Below, piece after piece: positions 15,001-50,005 of a DNA stretch of 50,005 nt (within the stretch, counting starts at the first letter, position 1; each line of letters opens with the position of its first letter). The translations under genes were made by a program, and so were the position numbers. Under the pieces are notes generated by a model. That model saw nothing but the letters and a program-made list of their open reading frames with translations. It did no database searches and had not been told where the DNA came from. This DNA is from Callorhinchus milii (Eukaryota): positions 1 through 50,005 of the forward strand of contig NW_024705383.1 in the NCBI RefSeq assembly GCF_018977255.1. Direction: 5' to 3'.

Positions 15001-17150
15001 GCACAGCGAGTAGAGTTAACCCACAAGGTATCACATCCAACGCCCTGCCGGGAAAGGCATATTCTAGAATCTTTGTCTGTGTGTCCCCAATTTACAATGT
15101 GATGAAGAATGCATCGACTGGTGTTTTAGAATATTCTTGTCTTTCCGCCGCAAGAAGGGGGCGACGCACCATGATCGCTAAAACATAGGTCATTTTAGAG
15201 ACCTACTCGCCTTGCACTTGACGAGAGCAGCCTGTAAACATCAGCGCCGCGCTCACATTGGCGGAGCTAGCTGACCATAGACTTTCCGGCTTAGTGTTAA
15301 TAGCCCCTTGCAGGCAAATAACTCCAGAGGAGACGTGATCGGCCACGTATAAAATGTTATTATCCTCATACGAAGCCTCCGATGGACGGGAGTGTACGTA
15401 GTCCCATGTTACAGACGATGGCATAGCCTCCAAGTCCAGTATAAGAAAGTACCCCCAAGGAAAAGCCGCCTGCCTAAATGCGCGGCCCATGCAACTTTTG
15501 AAAATGACCGACTGCTGAGATTACGCCCTCCTGGATCGGGCATCCGCTGGGACGTGCACGTGGAATATACCGCGGACCCGTGAGTTGCGAGCTAATTAGC
15601 CAATCCACCCAAGCCTGCGTCCCGGATGGGCAGCTGATAAACTGGGCTCAAACTCAGAAAGGTGGGTCCTTTACAAAGAACCTGCTTTTGCTAGAGATAA
15701 AAGAAATAACATACTCCTCACCTCCCCTGCCGTTAAGACGTCTGGCCACTATTCACGATGCTAGCCCGAAACCGACACATGAGCTCTAACGTGTAAGAGA
15801 ATCGAGCGGATTTTCAGGACGTAATTGTAAGCTTGAGGTGGCGTTTGGATGGTCTCGACGGATAGAGAACATTAATCTTGACCGTCTATGTGAAGAGACG
15901 TGTATGGGTCCTCCAAAATATGTGACGGTTCGCAGCCGACTTGTAGTTGTCAATATCATTGGGCTATTACGTAATTGGATCTACATGCAAGCAAACCTTA
16001 AGTCCAATGCAAAGCGCGCTAGCCAGCCTATCTGTAATGAGTACTCAAGTATGAAGATGGTTACGTGGTCCTCTCTGGTCCTCAAACGCACTATGACGTC
16101 GCCTCAGCGTCCTCCTGCCGTGTTGTAAATTATGCCTTTCTAATTCATGAGCTTTGAAGAAAGTAGGACAAAAGGGGACTAGGTCCGTTCTCGACTTCGT
16201 CACAAGTTCCGGAAACGGAGAAATTGCAACGTCATGCGTCAGGGGAGTATTTCCCCGATAGGAACAAGATATGTGACGAAGGCTTCGATGGATCCGCAGT
16301 AAAGCCTCGAGCACTCAATACCCCATCCAAAGGGTAATTTCTCTTCCACCAGATTCGTGCCAACCAATCATTGATGGGAGGCTAATAGACTCAACTCGTG
16401 TTTCACGTCCGCCGTGCGGGGGCGACTTATGGCAGAGTCCTCTCGGTAAATATCAAAGACTAGCACAGCTGCCACCCCTGGCGCCTATTTGAATTAGCGA
16501 TACGGAGCCGAAATTACACATTGTCGAATAACTAATGCTTTGGAAGACATACTAGAAGGAAAACCTGATTGAGTTTAATTAAAAGTGATACTCTAATAGG
16601 GAAGCAAAGCCACTATAGGGCTGGACTAAGTAGATGTCACACTCTTTGCATGGATTCAGTCTAATGTCCTCGCACACCGGCCCCGTCTTCCAATGATTTA
16701 ATTTTATCAAATATGTTGATGCTTAGCAAGGCTAGTCCTTATGATCGAGCGCACATCTATAGTACTGTAGCAGAACAATTGACGCCGGAAGTAGTGTCGA
16801 CAAGATGCTGCGCGGCATTAGTAACGGAAGAAACCCGGTGAGGCGTCTCTCAAAGTGCTCTCTGGGATTTCGATAGTTTCTTACAAAGTTTCGGGTACCC
16901 AGAGACACTCTAAAATCAGTAATGGATAGGCATTCGTCTGTGCGTCCCAGATTGTTCTGACTACGTGTCCGGAGTGATACGCAGCCATGGGGTTATAAAC
17001 CCGTAGGAAGTATTTCCCACCGACTGATAGGAATACGCGTTGCGGTGTCAGTAATGACATAACAAGGTCCACATTAATGCGTGAATATGGCCCTGACGAA
17101 CAATGCGATTCTTATGTTCTGCTCGCTAAGTGCGAGTGGATGTCAGTTCG
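1..17150. other. Featureless, random-like sequence (probable synthetic or shuffled filler); right boundary approximate
   Basis: By eye about 50% GC with abundant CpG and TpA. No microsatellites, long homopolymers or AT-rich tracts. None of the repeat families that are dense after 17.7 kb. Longest ORF is 115 aa and none resembles a known protein. None of the upstream ARFGEF1 exons is present. Confidence 0.8.
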
Positions 17151-17171
17151 TCTGACACTGATCGATTGTGA

Positions 17172-46654
<29,483 letters not shown>

Positions 46655-46664
46655 CTGGAATATT

Positions 46665-46800
46665 TGCGATGTTTACACATCACAGCAGGTACTCATTTGA
46701 GGCGAGTCGACCTAGGAGGGACCCAGGACCGGTTCAAGTAATCGTCACTGGAATTTGCCGTGAGCGGGAATCAAACCCGGGTCACCAGGTTCATAGCGCA
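46665..46800 (-). mobile_element. SINE family B fragment next to the inversion breakpoint
   Basis: caggtactcatttgaggc...gccgtgagc matches 37093-37205. Confidence 0.7.
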
Positions 46801-47348
46801 CAGGCACATGAGCGCAGACACACACACACGGAAACACATACAAGCACGCACATGCACATACAATGGCGTGACGCAAGCACAACCATAAAGTACGCACCGG
46901 GGTTTCCATTAAGACATAGGAGACATCATTATAGCTGATTTAATCAAAATTTCCATTTTTTTATTGGTATCGAGTGATTTCCCCTTTCCCTAAACCAATT
47001 TGTTTCCATTTAACAGCCTCCACTGGCATGTGTGTTTGCGATGTATGCATTTGTGACATCATTTACCTAATATAGCTGTACATTAGTAAATCCAATTCAT
47101 ATATGTAGTGTTCTCCTCTCATTGAACACTCTTTACCGTGGCCTTAACACATTCATTAACATATACATAAATGATGTGTAAGATTCCATCCTATTTATGA
47201 CAAGAATAAGCTGTTCTTTTAAGACATACATATATATATTTAACCCTCCTATCAATTTTCCAAACGATTTTTCAACAAATAACTTAATCGGACCAAACAA
47301 AGTGAACCAAAAATCTGACCGGTCCTAGTTTTAATTTCATACGATAAA

Positions 47349-47415
47349 GCAATGGTTCTTAACCTGGGGTGCACACAGTCCTAGGGTGCGAGAAGCCCCT
47401 TCAGGGGGTGCAAGA
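47349..47415 (+). mobile_element. Possible hAT MITE 5' end
   Basis: caatggttcttaacctggggtgc resembles hAT-Charlie termini (cagtggttctcaacc); no partner end found. Confidence 0.35.
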
Positions 47416-48030
47416 CTGCAGTAGAGGTTCAGAACCACTGCGGTAAAGTATTATTTTAAAAACGACTGAGAAATTCTTCTCAATTGCACTTCCACAAGCA
47501 GACAACACAGTCCACGAACCAAGGCCCAATTTGGCGGTACCACGTGAGCGGCATAATATTGGTGGTTCTAATTTCTTCATGCGACCAAACAACAGTGAAC
47601 CGTGATACCCATTTGAAATGAGTGGGTTGTCAAATAATTCACCCTTATTGGACATTTTAAATGCATAGATACAACTAAGGTTTTTTATCGCTATTTAATT
47701 ATTATTATTGAACAAGAGCCCGGTACAGAGAGCGAGCGGCAAGGGGGGGGCGGCACAGATATTCCGCTGACAAAAGCCCCGAGGGTCAGGTGCTCACAGG
47801 GTAGGAGAATGGGAAAAAAGTGGCTCTCTGCCCTACTCACGTCAGGACAACGATCGGAAGCATGACATTCTTAGGGAAGGTTTCTAACTCAAGTGGTACC
47901 AATCTCTGCTCTGGCTCATGGACTAACAGTTGGCCTTGAGCAGCTTTGCCAACGCAGGCCAATGTTGGCGTTGCCGGGCATTAAACTAAGAAGGTGAAAA
48001 AAAAAACATTGGTTGCGTGCGAGGCCCTAC

Positions 48031-48194
48031 CAGCCTTCCAGAGTGCGGTACGCTGCTCATGGCTGGCGTTGAAGGCCTTGCAAATCGGTGGGACTCGAGA
48101 GGCAGTCGAGCAGCTTGAACAGCTGGTTGGAGCTCAGGTAGCGGTACATGCCCTGGTCCTCCGTGTCGATGTGCACGTCCGCGTCAGAGTCGCG
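48031..48194 (-). CDS. ARFGEF1: ARFGEF1 exon, inverted ([32 protein letters not shown][L]ESHRF[A][16 protein letters not shown]) with two 1-nt deletions
   Basis: Minus-strand gcag| acceptor, |gtaggg donor; 164 bp where 166 bp would be needed for 55 codons plus 1 nt. Confidence 0.88.
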
Positions 48195-48645
48195 CTGCGA
48201 TCGCACAATTGGCAAAGCGACATCAGTCACGGGCAAAGTTCGGGTTTCCCGTTGCTTTCGTTTAACTCGGGTGAGAAGTCAAAGAGAGACGAGGAAGGAG
48301 TCTCAATTGTTGCAAGAGTGACCCGAGTCACCAAAAATAGAATAAAGTAGTCGTGAAGTCGTGCAATTTGAACAAAAAAATATCACGTTAGGAATGGAAA
48401 ATATTGCTAAATATAAAGCTCTCCATGTTCACAGAACAAGCTTCAATTCTCATATTCAGGGAACACGCGTTAAAATGCGCGCGTATGAATCGCTGACTTG
48501 CAATTAATGCAAAATACATACGCTAGTTAACCGCGGACGAACCCTTCAGCCGAACAGAATCAAACGAGCAGTAACCCCCAAGGCAGACGGCACAAAACTA
48601 AAACAAGAACCGATTCTTGAACCGCATCGTGACCCCGAATCACAC

Positions 48646-48785
48646 CTGGGCTGCGGCAAGATTCTCGGCGTCCTCCTTCTTGCTGGTGGCGGGGAAGAAC
48701 ACGATGTTGTCGATCGTCTGGATGAGCTCCAGCTGGACCACGCACTTGATGAGCAGCGCGGCGAACAGCTTCTGCTCGGACATCC
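48646..48785 (-). CDS. ARFGEF1: ARFGEF1 exon, inverted ([46 protein letters not shown])
   Basis: Minus-strand gcag| acceptor, |gtgtga donor; near-identical to the BIG1 C-terminal region. Confidence 0.93.
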
Positions 48786-49069
48786 CTGCGTGCGGCACAG
48801 ACGTGGCAGGCGTCAAGGGGGGGAGGGGGCGGCACAAACTCTCGCCAGCACAATATCTGTGTCTGTATGTTGAACTTCTCTCACTGTCGTGCGGTCTCGA
48901 CTTTGGCTGCCACTCCGTGGATAGTTCTGACCAACTGCCCCCCCCGCGAGCCCTTCTTGCAGCGTGTCTTGCTCAGGCCCACTTCATTTTTTTCAATGAC
49001 CGATGCGATGGACTCCAATTGTGCGCGTGACAAAGTGGGCCAATCACCCTGTACTCCACGTATGTATGT

Positions 49070-49300
49070 ATAACACGTAGGCCTTCGCGACAATATCCAT
49101 AATGCAACGTTTTTTGGGGTTAGATCGTGTAAATATATAAATGTGTCGTTAAACCCGCCGCCACGCCACCACCCGACACAGCCAGTTAGTAAGGTTTGTC
49201 ACGTAAACAGAACATGTTAATTCATTACTGGTACAGCACACCAGTGTGTTGGAGAGCAAAGCTTCGATTTGTAAAAAAATAAAAACCTGTATTATGGATA
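49070..49300 (-). mobile_element. Family D remnant
   Basis: Tail acacgtaggccttcgcgacaatat followed by ttagatcgtgtaaatatataaatgtgtcgtt, as at 28830. Confidence 0.65.
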
Positions 49301-49307
49301 CATTTTC

Positions 49308-49450
49308 ACTTAAAACTTTCGTGACTGCAGGAGTTGATATTCATTGGTTCTTTCAATAATAAAAATAATAATAAAGTTAATAAAAATAATACAAATAAAA
49401 CAAAAACCACGACATTTCGAACACAACACAAGCTGTCCTGATGACGACCA
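49308..49450 (+). mobile_element. Family C remnant
   Basis: taaaactttcgtgactgcagg tail and cacgacatttcgaacacaacacaagc. Confidence 0.55.
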
Positions 49451-49469
49451 TTAAACTTCAAACTAAACT

Positions 49470-49592
49470 TGTTTTATTTGACCAGCTAAGGCCCACTGAG
49501 CTATATAGCTCTTCTTTAGAAGACACAAATGATAGCTCAACAAAGTGGCGGCTTATCACGCGGACAATTCGAGCAGCCAAATAGTCTAAAAA
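49470..49592 (-). mobile_element. 3' half of V-SINE-like element
   Basis: Reverse complement of 18750-18870 (gataagcc...gttgagctatcatttgtg...gagctatatagctcagtggg). Confidence 0.6.
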
Positions 49593-49739
49593 CCCCAGGA
49601 CCCCCGCAGCATGGGGCATGCTGCCCTCATCCAGCACTGGATTGACAAATGGCTATAATCTATGAGAGCAGCTTTTGACTTAAACGTTCGTGATTGCAGG
49701 AATTCATATTCTTTAAAGAATGAGAGCAGCTGAAAAGAA

Positions 49740-50005
49740 TAGTGAACGGTGCTGGCGCCATACAGAGGCCCGCTAGTGTCCTCCTTACTCAGGTCCTTCC
49801 CACAGCCGTTTGTCGCTCGCTGTCGACACCAGGCTGAACTGGCTCTGCATTGTGAATGGTGCTGACGTCATGGATTGTGAACGGTGGCATGGATTAGTGA
49901 ACGGTGCTGGCGCCATACAGAGGCCCGCTAATGTCCTCCTTACTCAGGCCCTTGCCGCGGCCCTGCTCGTCGCTCGCTGTCGACACCAGGCTGAACTGGC
50001 TCTGC
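49740..50005. repeat. About 110-bp direct duplication that includes part of the inverted exon and its donor
   Basis: 49740-49848 is similar to 49895-50005, separated by short atggattgtgaacggtg-type units. Confidence 0.85.
49944..50005 (-). CDS. ARFGEF1: ARFGEF1 exon, 3' half, inverted (QSQFSLVSTASDEQGRGKGL)
   Basis: Minus strand reads g cag agc cag ttc ... ggc ctg a|gtaagg. The phase-1 end fits the gg start of the next minus-strand exon (AGG, Arg). It joins 46654 in frame. Confidence 0.72.
   Translation of the reverse strand, partial: RASSAWCRQRATSRAAARA

Noticed and set aside
243..17072. Dozens of 60-115 aa ORFs in the first 17 kb
   Set aside because: Lengths and overlaps are what random 50% GC sequence gives; no motifs, codon bias, ribosome-binding sites or operon layout.

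Overview
The window has two very different parts. Bases 1 to about 17,150 look like random DNA: roughly 50% GC, no ORF over 115 aa, no repeats or low-complexity tracts, and no recognisable gene. They are most likely synthetic or shuffled filler. From about 17,150 to 50,005 the window holds the middle and 3' part of a spliced vertebrate ARFGEF1 (BIG1-like, Sec7-domain Arf-GEF) gene; the very GC3-rich exons and the repeat content suggest a lamprey (inference). I traced 24 complete GT-AG exons on the + strand (17,234-46,412). The next exon breaks at about 46,654. Its second half and the next two exons lie on the - strand, so 46,655-50,005 is inverted, and flipping it restores an in-frame exon. 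Four 1-nt deletions fall in otherwise conserved exons and are probably sequence errors. The introns carry two Penelope-like fold-back families with hammerhead-ribozyme-like cores and 8-16 bp target-site duplications, tRNA- and 5S-derived SINEs, hAT MITEs, an inverted capture of flanking DNA, and a 66-bp tandem repeat that duplicates a splice donor in frame. I found no convincing new multi-gene system.
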